In this document: piece after piece, positions 22,034 through 33,100 of the stretch | Layout of the letters: each line of letters starts with the position of its first letter | Numbering within the stretch: position 1 is the first letter of the stretch | Assembly (NCBI GenBank): GCA_020891255.1 | Contig: BQFW01000001.1 | Coordinates: 1,798,001 to 1,862,000 of the forward strand | Origin: Entomortierella parvispora E1425 | Lineage: Eukaryota > Fungi > Mortierellomycota | Reading direction: 5' to 3' | DNA length: 64,000 nucleotides | The notes under the pieces: model-generated | Database searches by the model: none | Told to the model about the DNA's origin: nothing | Seen by the model: only the letters and a program-made list of their open reading frames with translations | Made by a program: the position numbers and the translations under genes

Positions 22034-23440
22034 TCATTTTTTTTCTGTGTGTAGGCCATCCTCAATTTGTCTCCGCACAACGGACCGAATATAAACGGCT
22101 CTTGCATCTGGTTCAAGCCCTAGTAGCTTTTCATGTAGGCTGAGCATAACCGAGTCTGGTTGAGTAGATGATGATAAGCTGCCCCCTGTTGTATTCGTTG
22201 CTCCGTTAGCGATGGCCAAGGCTCCGCTCGGCATTGTGCCATTGCGGTTTGTTTGCGAAGAAAGTCGTTCGTGCAAGGATTGAAACCTTCGATGCAGTGT
22301 CTCAAGGCTGTCCCGAACAAAAATCATTGTCTGAGGAAAAGGCAGGACTAGATGGGACAAAATGTTGTTCAACGTTAGCATCAAGAAGGCAGTAAAAGGT
22401 ATCACTCCTCCAAAAAAGTCTTCCCCATTTGATTTTTACCATCGCTGTATTCCTTTGCTGCTTCTCTCAAAAATTGAATCTGTTCCCGACATTTGTTTAG
22501 CTGTCGCCTCCGGTTCTCCTCAATCTCCAATTCCTTTCTCAGTCTGTAGTTCAATGCCTTGGTCTAGAGCCAGGAAATTGAACCAACCGTAAACGTCATT
22601 AATTCACAGACGGATTGATGAGCCATATTGCCTTTGACATCCAACATTCCAACATAAAAAAAACTTACTGCAATGACACGTCTTCGCAAAATCTCAAGCT
22701 CTTCATCCAGCGCCTGCTCCTTCTCCACGCCAATGTCGAAATCCAGGGCTTCATAATGAGGCAGCACAATATCGACATTCTCTCCAACACCAAACAATCT
22801 GTTGAGGGCGTACAGCTCAAACCGATCAAAATTCTTGTCCACAGAGGATTCCAGCAATGTCTCGAATTTGTGCATACACTAGAGTCAAGAAGTGAAAGAT
22901 GCTTTTTTTAATCATTGTTCTCTCACATGAAGCCCCGGTGATCAATCATGAGACTGCCAAGGGTGTATTTTCTTTTCTTTCTATATTTACCTGTTCACTC
23001 TCGGTCTTCACGTCAAAGTTCGAATCCAGTTGTCCATTGGCTTCAGCTCTGGTAGTGATTTCGTCCATTTGGACTTCTACAAACTCTTGCAGGGCCATTG
23101 AGGCCTGATAGATCATGTTGTTGACAGAGTTGATCACATCGTCGATGAATGATAGGGGTTGAAATCCAAAATGTTCCATCAACAGCTGCTCCTGGTGATT
23201 TTTTCGTGCTTTCATCCAGGATTCCGACTGGCGTCCAGTCGAGTCACTGGTAGGAACTAGTCCTGTCGTTGTGGTGCTTGCAGCATCATGTGCAGAACTG
23301 GTGGTGGCGTAGTGCCCATTGGCTGAATGATTTCCGATGCTCGTTTTGGTGAGATTCCATGATGACGCTTGTGAGACAGGCACAGTTCGAGTGGCCGTGG
23401 TTCCCGCGCGTGTTTGTTGTGGTACCTGACTGCGTTGCAT
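22034..23440 (-). CDS. MIS12: Kinetochore MIND complex subunit Mis12/Mtw1, 4 exons
   Basis: EQLLMEHFGFQPLSFIDDVINSVN and LLESSVDKNFDRFELYALNRLF are Mis12-domain motifs; GT-AG introns join the ORF pieces in frame. Confidence 0.85.
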
Positions 23441-24238
23441 ACGTTTGTTCAATTCCTGAGCGGATCCCGATGTTTGTGTGAGCTTTCGATGCAGAATGAA
23501 AGAAGAAAAGAATGGGTGCCCAGGCACGCGTCAAAAAAAAAGATAAATAGGTCACATGATTCAAATATTGGCGGCAAAAAAAAAAAAAAAAAAAAAAAAG
23601 TTCGTGAGCTTCATCGCACGCACAACACACAGACCAGCAAAAGGTGAACAGAGGGCAACTATGCTGTTGTCGCTGGATTCATGGTCTTCGCGTGGACCTG
23701 TTCGGTGCGGTACTTGCATCATCGCTTGCTCCTAAGCCCGCGCCCATAAAAAACAACAACAAGAAACGAGATAAAACACGTTCTAGCCTTTGGTCAAAAA
23801 AGGCGCCAAAAAGATGTCATTGCTCATCGAGTCGTACGCTGCGTCTGAGCAACACCACAGAACCACAACAATAAAAAGTAATCACAAGTTGTTTTTCGAC
23901 CGCCTGTTCCGTTCCCTGTGCGCCAGAGGGTAGAACCGACAAGTTTCAAGGGTCACCATCAGTTGGTGCGTCGAGAGTGATCGAGATGTAACTGCGGGCC
24001 GTTATCAGGTCAATGAGGTGACGGCCACAAGAAAAATGGATGTAACTGTGAAGAACCTCGGCGCACAGGACGTTTGGACAAACAGGAAACAGGACTTCCA
24101 CAATCAGACCGAAGTCAAGAGGGACAGCTGCTCTTGTCTCTTTGTTACGGTATCTCTTCTTTTCTCTTTCTTACCTCTCCTCCCTCTTTCCTTCTACAAC
24201 TTCTACAGCTTACTCCCAATCCTTCAACTATCCCACCC

Positions 24239-26434
24239 ATGACACCCATGGAAGGAATGAAGAAATCCACCCTTGGCAAGGCCTTCTCGCGTACCTTCAA
24301 TCGCAAGTCGCTACAATCTTCGCTATCCTCCCCATCCACCTTACACCTTCAATCAACAAAGAAGCAAGGTGTTGCTGAACCAGCCAAAGCCCTTGCGCCA
24401 ATTGTCACAACCACGACGATTGTAGACAATGCGGATGCGGATGCGAACGCCATTGGCAATGGCAGGTCGACGAATGACGGCCCATTGTCACCAATCTCTC
24501 TCGTTTCTCTCACAGAGTCCAATAGTGCATCCTTGGTGACTTCGCCCACACGATTTGTATACGAGGAAGAGGAAGCGTTGCCTCGTCGCTCGACCACACA
24601 TGTCCGGGACTGGACTGCCATGTCTAACGCAAGCACTGTCAGCTGCCTTGGCATGTCGGGTTCTGAGGATAACAACCAGGACGCGAGTTCGAACCCTGCA
24701 GACATTCTCCTCAGACGTCTTGTGGCCTATAAAGCGGTGATTAAGAACCTGCAGCAGTATTTCGCGGAAATTGCCCTGATCGAATCGGGTATCGCAAAGT
24801 CAATGAACAAAGCCTCTAATTTGGTTGTCATCCCTTTCAAAGATGGCACTCAATTTCTTGGCAGGGGTGGACTTCAAGACGTCTGTGCTGGTGTGAGAGA
24901 CTCTTCGAAACTCCGAAGCGAACAACATGCAAACGCAGCCCGGTTTTTGGAGGAAACGATAGTCAGGAGTTTGAGGCGCTTGAAGCAGGATATTAAGAAC
25001 AGGATCAAGGCCATCAAGTCCGATGCGAACCTCTACAGCACCCGCCTTTTCAAGGAGCGGGAATTAACTCAGGAACGTATCGGCAAACTTGCCAAAGCCA
25101 TTGGCCTTTTTGAGATGGCAGGCGGGCTCCAAAGGGACATGGAGAAATTGGAGTCAGACCCCTACGTGATAAACTTGTGTAAGTGGACTGAACGGTAGTT
25201 TTAGTCCTTACGACTTTACATGTGGAAAATGACAACATCTTATTGATTACTGTTTTACCCATTCCAGCGTTGAAAAGGCAACTTGCCAGACAGGTTCAAG
25301 AAGAAACCCTCTTTGCTCGAGCCCTGCAACAGTGCCAAGAGCAGGTCGCTTCCTTTGAAGGCCATATCATCAAGGCAGTGAAGGAAATTCTGGCTGCGTT
25401 TTCTCAGTACCAGCTTGATCATGCCAACTCAGGCTTTAGTCAGTCTTGGGCTTCAGCAGAGATCGCACTGGATGTTTTGCAAGAGGACACAGAGTGGACC
25501 TATTTTATGGAACGCAATGAACATCGACTGTTACCTTCCGAATTGGTTGATTCCAACCCAGACGACTTGGACTATCCCCACAAGAGTAATCCCTACGTGT
25601 TACCGATCATGACAGCCCACATGAGCCGAAAGTCATCTGTTCTCAAGAACTGGAAAAAGGGCTTCTTTGTCTTGACGCAGGCGGGATGGCTGCATGTATT
25701 TGCAACAGACGATGTATGTCGGGATCCTTTGCCCGATCGATCTATCCACCTTTTGACTGCTGTTTTAGGTCCACATACCGAACCTGGTCAGAAGCAGCAC
25801 GTTTTCTCTATAGACGGCAAGGGAATGGGTGGTCTCCTGCACCGAGATGCCCAAACGTTCACGTAAGTCGAAAACTTAGGACCCTCGTTCTCCGAGGCGG
25901 GCTCCTTTCAGCTGCTAACAAGATCATTCATTTCGTATTCGTAGTGTTCGTGCTAATTCACGCGAGGAAATGATTTCATGGTGGAGCGAGATCTCAAAGC
26001 TCACTCACTCAACAACATATACCAAACTTGGCGACGGTGGACTCGATGGAGGCGCTCTGTCACGGACAAGAACGAGAGCGTATTCAACTTCCAGTGTGAG
26101 GCTCGTAAGAGGCAACGGAGCAAAGACCCCCGATCCATACCAACAAGGATCTTTGCCCCCCTATGCTTCAGCAGGCAAGTCGGAGTACTTTGCTCTGGAC
26201 AAAACCGAATACACTGCTCCCAACAAATCAGAGTACACTGAATCTAGCGCTGCTACAAGCTCATTGCCTACAGTGGTAGTAGCCGCCAGACCTGTTCGTA
26301 GACTTAGAGGTGCCTCTTCGATAAGTGATATCAAGAGTCGGCCATTGCGGCTTTCGAGGCACAACACAGGATCCACTGTCTCTTTGGACTTTAGTCGACC
26401 CTCGAGAGCAGGAACCACCAAGATTTCTACTTAA
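24239..26434 (+). CDS. Slm1-like BAR/F-BAR plus PH domain protein, 3 exons
   Basis: Helical region (DILLRRLVAYKAVIKNLQQYF) followed by a PH domain (SRKSSVLKNWKKGFFVLTQAGWLHVF...VRANSREEMISWW). Introns near 25.18-25.27 kb and 25.86-25.94 kb. Confidence 0.75.
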
Positions 26435-26681
26435 CTATCAACTATAGTACGCTACTATGCTACTACGCCTTTAACATGATGATATGATGATATCCTTCCT
26501 TTTTATATAAACGCAATGTGCATCGATGTATCGAGTCGGAACGACGGCTGCGATTGCTCTCCTGAAGACGCGACTTTTTTTGGAACTCTGGATCCAATCA
26601 AATAACAGTCACGGCGTGTTTTTTTTTTCTTGTCCTTCAGCATGTCTTCATGTCGAAAGTATTACACCATTCATCAACAAC

Positions 26682-28287
26682 ATGGCCAAGGCAAAAAGAC
26701 AACCTAGAGGACTCGGACGCTCTGCGGCGGCGGCGGAAGAAAGCACATCCCAGGATGGTCAGAAGAATGGTGTCCGCTTCAACCCTTTAAGCGGTGAGCA
26801 AAAGGAAAAGTCCAGCAACCAAGCCGAGTCAGGAGCAGCCGGGAGCGAATCAACACCTATGGAGGGCCAGGAGGAGACGGCAAGTCTGGCATTGAAAGAA
26901 GGTGAAGCCGGCGATGAGTTGGCAGAGCTTCGCCAAACTTATGAGGCTGCCCAGAAACAGTTTGCCGAGACTGGAGCTCAGGAATATCTCCGAGGAACTA
27001 TTCACGAGTGCGATCGCATGTTGAGAAACTGTGGAAAGGAGGTCTACCCTTCAAGCGAGTTCAACTACATCTACGCCTCAGCCTTGCATGATTTCTCATT
27101 GATCGGAGCGGAACCTGAGGAACTGAACGGATTCGTGGAACTGGCGTTGGAGCATATCAGCCATGCCGCAGATCTCTTGGAAGGCGACATGGAAAATACA
27201 GAGGATTGGAAGTGGAAATACTATTTGGTTGCAGGAAAGGTGTACCTTCAGAAGGTATGGATTTCAGATCCTCCAGGATTGATGAGCTGCCACAACGTGA
27301 ATTTGAATTCTGACGGCCCTTTTCTATATATATTCTTATTTCTGCAGGCTGACTCTCTGTATGAGGCTCAGGAAGCCTCCGACTCCAAAAAAGAGTTTAC
27401 GCGTTTGGGAAAAGAGATCAACACAACATTGGCTCAGGCGACCAATCTCTTGGACGCAGGATTCAAATTGATCCCAGAAGGCGAGGAGAAGCACGTTGTT
27501 CGACTCGACTCAAAGTCGATCGAGAAAGTTGGTGCTAAGGAGCATGAGATGGTTTCTGCAGCAGTAAACGTTGCGCTCCACGCGGATAGATTCGAAGAGT
27601 ATGACCAAAGGAAGAAGTGGAACACTTGGGCACTTGACGCTTATCGCATGGTTGCCAAAGGTATGATCCGGAGAACAGCGATGGAAAGGACATTTTACGG
27701 GGGCATAGTCAATGGGCTTGTTTGCTCACGCGTCATTCTAATGTTGTGCATCTTTATAGATACCCCCGAGAGCGTGGAAGCGTGGCAAGGAATTGCGACC
27801 TGTCTGCACTCAATTGTTGGATGGTGGGCAGACCAGGCAGACGACGAAGACGAAGAGCAGGACGATGATGAGCCCGAGGATGAATACAGCCTCCCAGTCT
27901 ACTCCACTGAGCGCGGCGTCATGTCACTAGAGGCTCTGGAAGCTATTAAAAAGGCAATTGAGCTTGGCCGCAAATCAGACTCTCTCAGTAGCGACCTCCT
28001 GACTTTGGTAACTATCTATCTTGGAGGACGGGCGACTGGAAGAGTGCAAAAAGAACTTATTGCAGAGAGACTAACGTGCTTTATAACTTGCTCTCTAGGG
28101 TGCTGAGTGCCATTTGAACTTGGTCAACATTGCAGTCGGCGATGCAGCTGCAGCAGAACAATCCAAGTTAGCTGTTGCTCTAATCAAGGAGGCGATTGCA
28201 ACTTTCCCTGATCCAGCACTCGAAGAACGATATGCTGAGGTCCTTGCAGAGTTCGAAGAGATTGCAGGAAATGAAAAGAAAGAATAA
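26682..28287 (+). CDS. Ett1/Nro1-family protein (enhancer of translation termination / negative regulator of Ofd1), multi-exon
   Basis: YLRGTIHECDRMLR resembles the Ett1/Nro1 HECDR motif, followed by TPR-like helices; several in-frame introns. Confidence 0.7.
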
Positions 28288-28476
28288 AACGCATGGTGCA
28301 AACAGTCACATTTCTTTTTTCGCTCCTTTTTCTCTTTCAAAAATAGCCATCCTTCTCCACTCCTCCTCTGGTCTTTCCTCTCGTTTCTCCTCTCGTCCGA
28401 TTCATAATCCTACCTAGCTTTCCCTTTAGCACCCACAATCGATACAATCGATATTGCTGCCAGCTGACCACCTACA

Positions 28477-29103
28477 ATGTCGTATCCAACTGAGAAAAGC
28501 TTCGACCAACTGAACCAGGTTGGGTACTCCACAGGAGCCCAAGAAGGGCAAGGCCAGTTTGCCAACAACAGCTCCAACTACGCGCCTCCTATGGTTAGCG
28601 GAAACAACAGTGGATCAACCGCCGCAGCGTATGGTTATGAACACGATTATAGCGTTCCAGGTGCACCCGTCGGAGCCGCTGGGTACCCAGGAGCGACTTC
28701 TGGAACGCCATCTGCCTTTTTGGATCCAAACGAGCCCCGACCTAACGACATCCTGCCCTTACACCCCGCTATCATTGAACAACGACAAATCGCTGCCTCC
28801 TTGCCTCCTTGCCCACAGGGTGGATACCACGAACTGAGAACTCATCAGTATGACATACCACTTTACTTCAACCCGCAAACCAAGCTACAAAAAAAAAAAA
28901 AAAATGTCTCACCATGTTGTCTGGCAGCAGCTGACAGTTTTTTCTCTCTGTCTTTCTTCCATTCCGATAGTGCCCTTGGCGCCAACCCCGGCACGTTGTT
29001 GTCGATCTTGTGCTTCCCTATTGTCTATTGTTGTGTAAGGAATGATACAGTGTGTATCAAGTGTCACCAAAAATTCAACATCAGTCTCCCAGCTATTTAT
29101 TAA
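28477..29103 (+). CDS. Small BRI3/LITAF-like Cys-rich membrane-associated protein, one intron
   Basis: Pro/Gly/Tyr-rich N-terminus, then CPQGGYH, a hydrophobic LLSILCFPIVYCC segment and CIKC. GTATGA...GATAG intron at ~28848-28970. Confidence 0.55.
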   Translation: MSYPTEKSFDQLNQVGYSTGAQEGQGQFANNSSNYAPPMVSGNNSGSTAAAYGYEHDYSVPGAPVGAAGYPGATSGTPSAFLDPNEPRPNDILPLHPAIIEQRQIAASLPPCPQGGYHELRTHQYDIPLYFNPQTKLQKKKKNVSPCCLAAADSFFSLSFFHSDSALGANPGTLLSILCFPIVYCCVRNDTVCIKCHQKFNISLPAIY

Positions 29104-29243
29104 ATGCCTAAATGCCCAAACTTCATAATCATAATCTAGCACCACCGAAATAAAAAAAAGTCAGAGTCTAGTCAGCTTTCTATGTTCTTCGTTGGTCTTC
29201 GGGTACGAGAGAAAAAAATGAGAAAATGTGAAAAAGAGAAGAC

Positions 29244-29317
29244 CGCTCCCGGGTGGGCTTGAACCACCAACCTCCTGATTAACAGTCAGACGCGCTAACC
29301 AATTGCGCCACGGAAGC
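29244..29317 (-). tRNA. tRNA-Asn (GTT)
   Basis: Reverse complement GCTTCCGTGGCGCAATTGGTTAGCGCGTCTGACTGTTAATCAGGAGGTTGGTGGTTCAAGCCCACCCGGGAGCG forms a cloverleaf with anticodon GTT. Confidence 0.95.
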
Positions 29318-29352
29318 AGGGTGAAGATCTCATTGGATGAATTTCACGTGGA

Positions 29353-29960
29353 TGTCGTGAATCAGACTGCTTTTATCCCCGCCAGCTCCGCGTCTGATCA
29401 CATGACTTACGATCACCTGACCGCCGACACGCCTGATGAATGGACCCTTGTTGCGCGCCCTCATTGCACTTGTGCCGCGCGTCATCGTCGTTGACTATCA
29501 CCAGGTCGACTACCCTCAACCGTGTATACTCACGAACGGAGCATTTCATGTTTCTCCGACATTAACCTACCAACCGTTGCCAATCAAAAGCTTGTCTCCA
29601 CGCCGGTCGACCAAGCTCTTTGAAACCTCGGACGTTAGGGCCCCTATTCCAGAATAGTCATAAGCCCTTCACTATTTATTTCCATAGTGTCAGCAGTATA
29701 GTCTCACTTCACTACCTTCAGTATATAAGTAGCTCTGTATCGAGACTTAGAACGGCATCCTTTCTTTGCCCTTCCATCTCGATTACAGGTAACCCTCTTG
29801 AGAACCCTATCAGTAGTAACACACAGAATATCTTATTAAACATATCCTTTCTTTGCCCTTCCATCTCGATTACAGTCAAGGTAGCTGACTGTGGTGCCCA
29901 GTGTAGAAGAACACGCTCGACACACCCTAAGGATCAGTCGTGATACCGAGAGTCACGACA
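29353..29960 (+). repeat. 5' LTR (608 bp); TATATAA at 29722-29728
   Basis: Direct repeat of 34886-35493. I saw no difference by eye, and ORF-track translations across both copies are identical. Confidence 0.97.
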
Positions 29961-29964
29961 AATT

Positions 29965-29977
29965 TGGTAGCAAAGGA
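29965..29977 (+). promoter_or_regulatory. Primer-binding site, probably tRNA-iMet (TGGTAGCAAAGGA)
   Basis: Begins 4 nt after the LTR. TGG complements CCA; 12/13 match to the complement of the metazoan-type iMet 3' end (TGGTAGCAGAGGA). Confidence 0.75.
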
Positions 29978-30110
29978 CAGTAGCAGTCCTACCGCCACGC
30001 CCATCCAAAGGACAGTAGCAGTCCTACCGCCACGCCCATCCAAAGGACAGTAGCAGTCCTACCGCCACGCCCATCCAAAGGACAGTAGTAGTCCTACCGC
30101 CACGCCCATT
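29971..30110 (+). repeat. Four tandem copies of a 35-bp unit in the retrotransposon 5' leader
   Basis: CAAAGGACAGTAGCAGTCCTACCGCCACGCCCATC at 29971, 30006, 30041 and 30076 (the last copy has 2 substitutions). Confidence 0.97.
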
Positions 30111-30146
30111 CAAGACGACCACCTTCCCTACCCACTTCCTTACATC

Positions 30147-33100
30147 ATGAATCAACATCAACACAACTTCGACGACGATATTGACGATGAACCCAACACG
30201 TCAAGCTATCACGCCGCCTCCACCTTCACCGTTCCCGAACCTGTGATCCACAATGATCGTCCCAAAAAGAACCTTTTGCCCTCGGATCATGAAACTTTCA
30301 ATGGCACCTGCTCCCACCACGAGGCCCGAGCATGGTTGCTACAGACAGAGTTGATTGCAGACATCAGTGAGATTCCTAGACCGAAATGGCCCAGAGCCGC
30401 GATTGCCAAGCTTCGAGGTGACGCAAGAGTCTGGGGCCTGAATTACAACTCACTCCACACCAATGCCACGTGGGACACTTTCTCAGCCGCCTTTTTAAGT
30501 CAGTTCAGCTCAGAAGACTTGGAAGAGACCCTTCGCAACGAACTCGATAGTGTTGTCTGGGAAAAGACAGACACCCCCAACACCTTCTTCCACCGTTTTC
30601 AGTTTGCTTTGATGCCTCTTGGTACCAATGTATCTGAAGGAGAAAAAGTACACGTCTTCAAGACCCGAAGTCCACAATTTTTGCGAAAATTTCTGATCGA
30701 ACACCAAGTCAAAACCTGGCAACAAGTCCGCCAACACTGTGAAATCCGAACAGAGATGAGCACAAGCCTTGGTATCATTTCCCAATCCGCGCAGAACCGA
30801 ATCAACCAAGCCAGACAAACGCCGCCGTCTCGCCCTTTTGTTGCTCCATCACGCTTTGGTTCCCCAAGACTTTTCCAACACCACGCTGCTGCAACAGCCC
30901 CGCCCCCTCGTCCCTCTCACATTACTGGAAACCCCACTACTGGTTTTTCAACTGGAAAACGCGTTAGTTTCTCTGGTCATCCGTTTTCACGCCCTCCAGA
31001 TCGACGAGACAGCACCCAAAACCAAAATCAAAGTCAAGGTCGTCGATCTTCGATGGATATGGACGTTGATGTGTTCAACATCGAGTGCCACAATTGCGGA
31101 GACAATCACAAGGCCGCAGAATGCCCCAAGCCGCAAACTTGTTATAACTGTGGACAGCGAGGACACTACAAACGCGACTGCCCTCAAGGAGGACAAAACC
31201 AAGGACGACCACAACGAAGGAATCGCCCAAACGTGAACATCAACATGACCCATATCGATCCACAAGATTTCAAGCCCGAAACTTGCCCATTGATGGTCGT
31301 ACCCCTCTACGTCGACGGTTGGCAATTCGACGCCCTTTTTGATAACGGCGCCAACGTCAACGTTATTTCTTCTCGTGCCCTCGAAGTTATCCGTGAAGAA
31401 TCCCCGGAATCCATCCTCGATGAAAAACGAATCTATGAGCCGACCCCTGTACGAACAGCCCATGCAGGAGACCTAGGTGCTAAGGCACTAGGCGAAGTCA
31501 TCCTTCGAGTTGTTATTGGAGAACACACCTGCCGTTTCACAGCCACGGTTGTTCCCGACCTAGCTCACGATGTTTTCATTGGACTTCCATGGATGTTCCG
31601 CTACAAACCTCAAATCAATTGGGATCGCTACTCATTGACTTGGCAAGTCAATGGCCGAAAACACGAAGCCATCGCCAGATCTCAGCCCGCCAGTACCCTT
31701 CTGCAGAACGAACAGGTACCTGAACTTGCATATGTGCAGACGAACGCACAGCGGTTCTTACACACCATGGCCGCCGATGATACACAAGAAGCAGGAATCG
31801 TTTGGTTAATGAAAACCCACGTTCCAGAACACACCCGAGCAGAAGAGCTCATGACCAACCCGGACCTGACAGTAGAACAGCAAGCTCAAATCGATGAGAT
31901 AGTGAAGGAGTACCAGCAGGATGTATTCGCTCCACTCTCAGAGATGCCACCAGCCCGTCCCGGTTTCGATCACCAAATCCCCACTGGAGTAACAAGTCCT
32001 GTGGTCAAGAAGATATATAAGATGTCACCCCTCGAGCTCAAGACTCTCAAAGAACAGTTGGATGAGCTGTTACGGTTGGGGTACATCCAGCCCTCAACGT
32101 CGCCGTGGGCCGCACCAGTCCTGTTCGTCAAGAAGGAAGATGGAACATTGAGACTGTGCATCGACTATCGTGGACTCAACGCCGTCACGATCAAGAACAA
32201 GTATTTTCTCCCGCACACCGATGAATTTTTCGATCGCATGCGAGGAGCCCGTTATTTCAGCAAGTTGGATCTCCAGCAGGGATATCATCAACTTCAAGTT
32301 GCAGAAGAGGACAGACCCAAGACAGCGTTCTCTACCCGATATGGACACTACGAGTACTGTGTCATGGCTTTTGGTCTTACCAACGCGCCCGCGTCGTTTC
32401 AAGCCTTCATGAATACGATTTTCAGTAAAGAGTTGGATCAGTTCGTTGTTGTCTACCTCGATGACATCCTGATCTACTCCAAGACTTTCGAAGAACACTT
32501 GAAGCACATCCGAACAGTGCTATCAACGCTGCGAAAACATCACCTACATGCCAAGCAGAGCAAATGTGCGTTTGGATTATCCAGCATCACCTTCGTCGGA
32601 CATGTGATATCCTACGATGGAATTCAAGTGGATCCAGCCAAGGTCGCAGTTGTCAAGAACTGGCCCACCCCAACCAACGTACAAGAGCTTCGTTCATTCA
32701 TTGGATTTGTGAACTACCATCGCCGTCATATTTTCCACCATGCCGAAGTCACTGCTTGTCTTACAGACTTGTTGACCACTGGTCCAGGCCCAAACAAAGG
32801 AAAGTTGCGACCCGTGCCTACTTGGGGCCCAGTTCAACAAGCCGCTTTCGATGGAATCAAAGAACTTCTAGCGACTACCCCTGTATTGTGCCTTGGACAC
32901 CCCGATGAGCCGTACTATATGGAAACCGATGCATCCGACATTGCCACAGGAGGAGTCCTTTATCAGATGCACGAAGGCAAAAGACACCCAGTTGCCTATG
33001 AGTCACGAAAACTTAAGCCAGCCGAGAAGAACTACCCGGTCCATGAGAAGGAACTCCTCGCCATTGTTCACGCATGCAGAGCATGGCGCACGTTTATTCT

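Noticed and set aside
29436-29943. 73-aa and 107-aa ORFs in the LTR (duplicated at 34969-35476)
   Set aside because: Non-ATG starts, no recognisable motifs, and they overlap the TATA/R/U5 region. Used only as evidence that the LTRs are identical.
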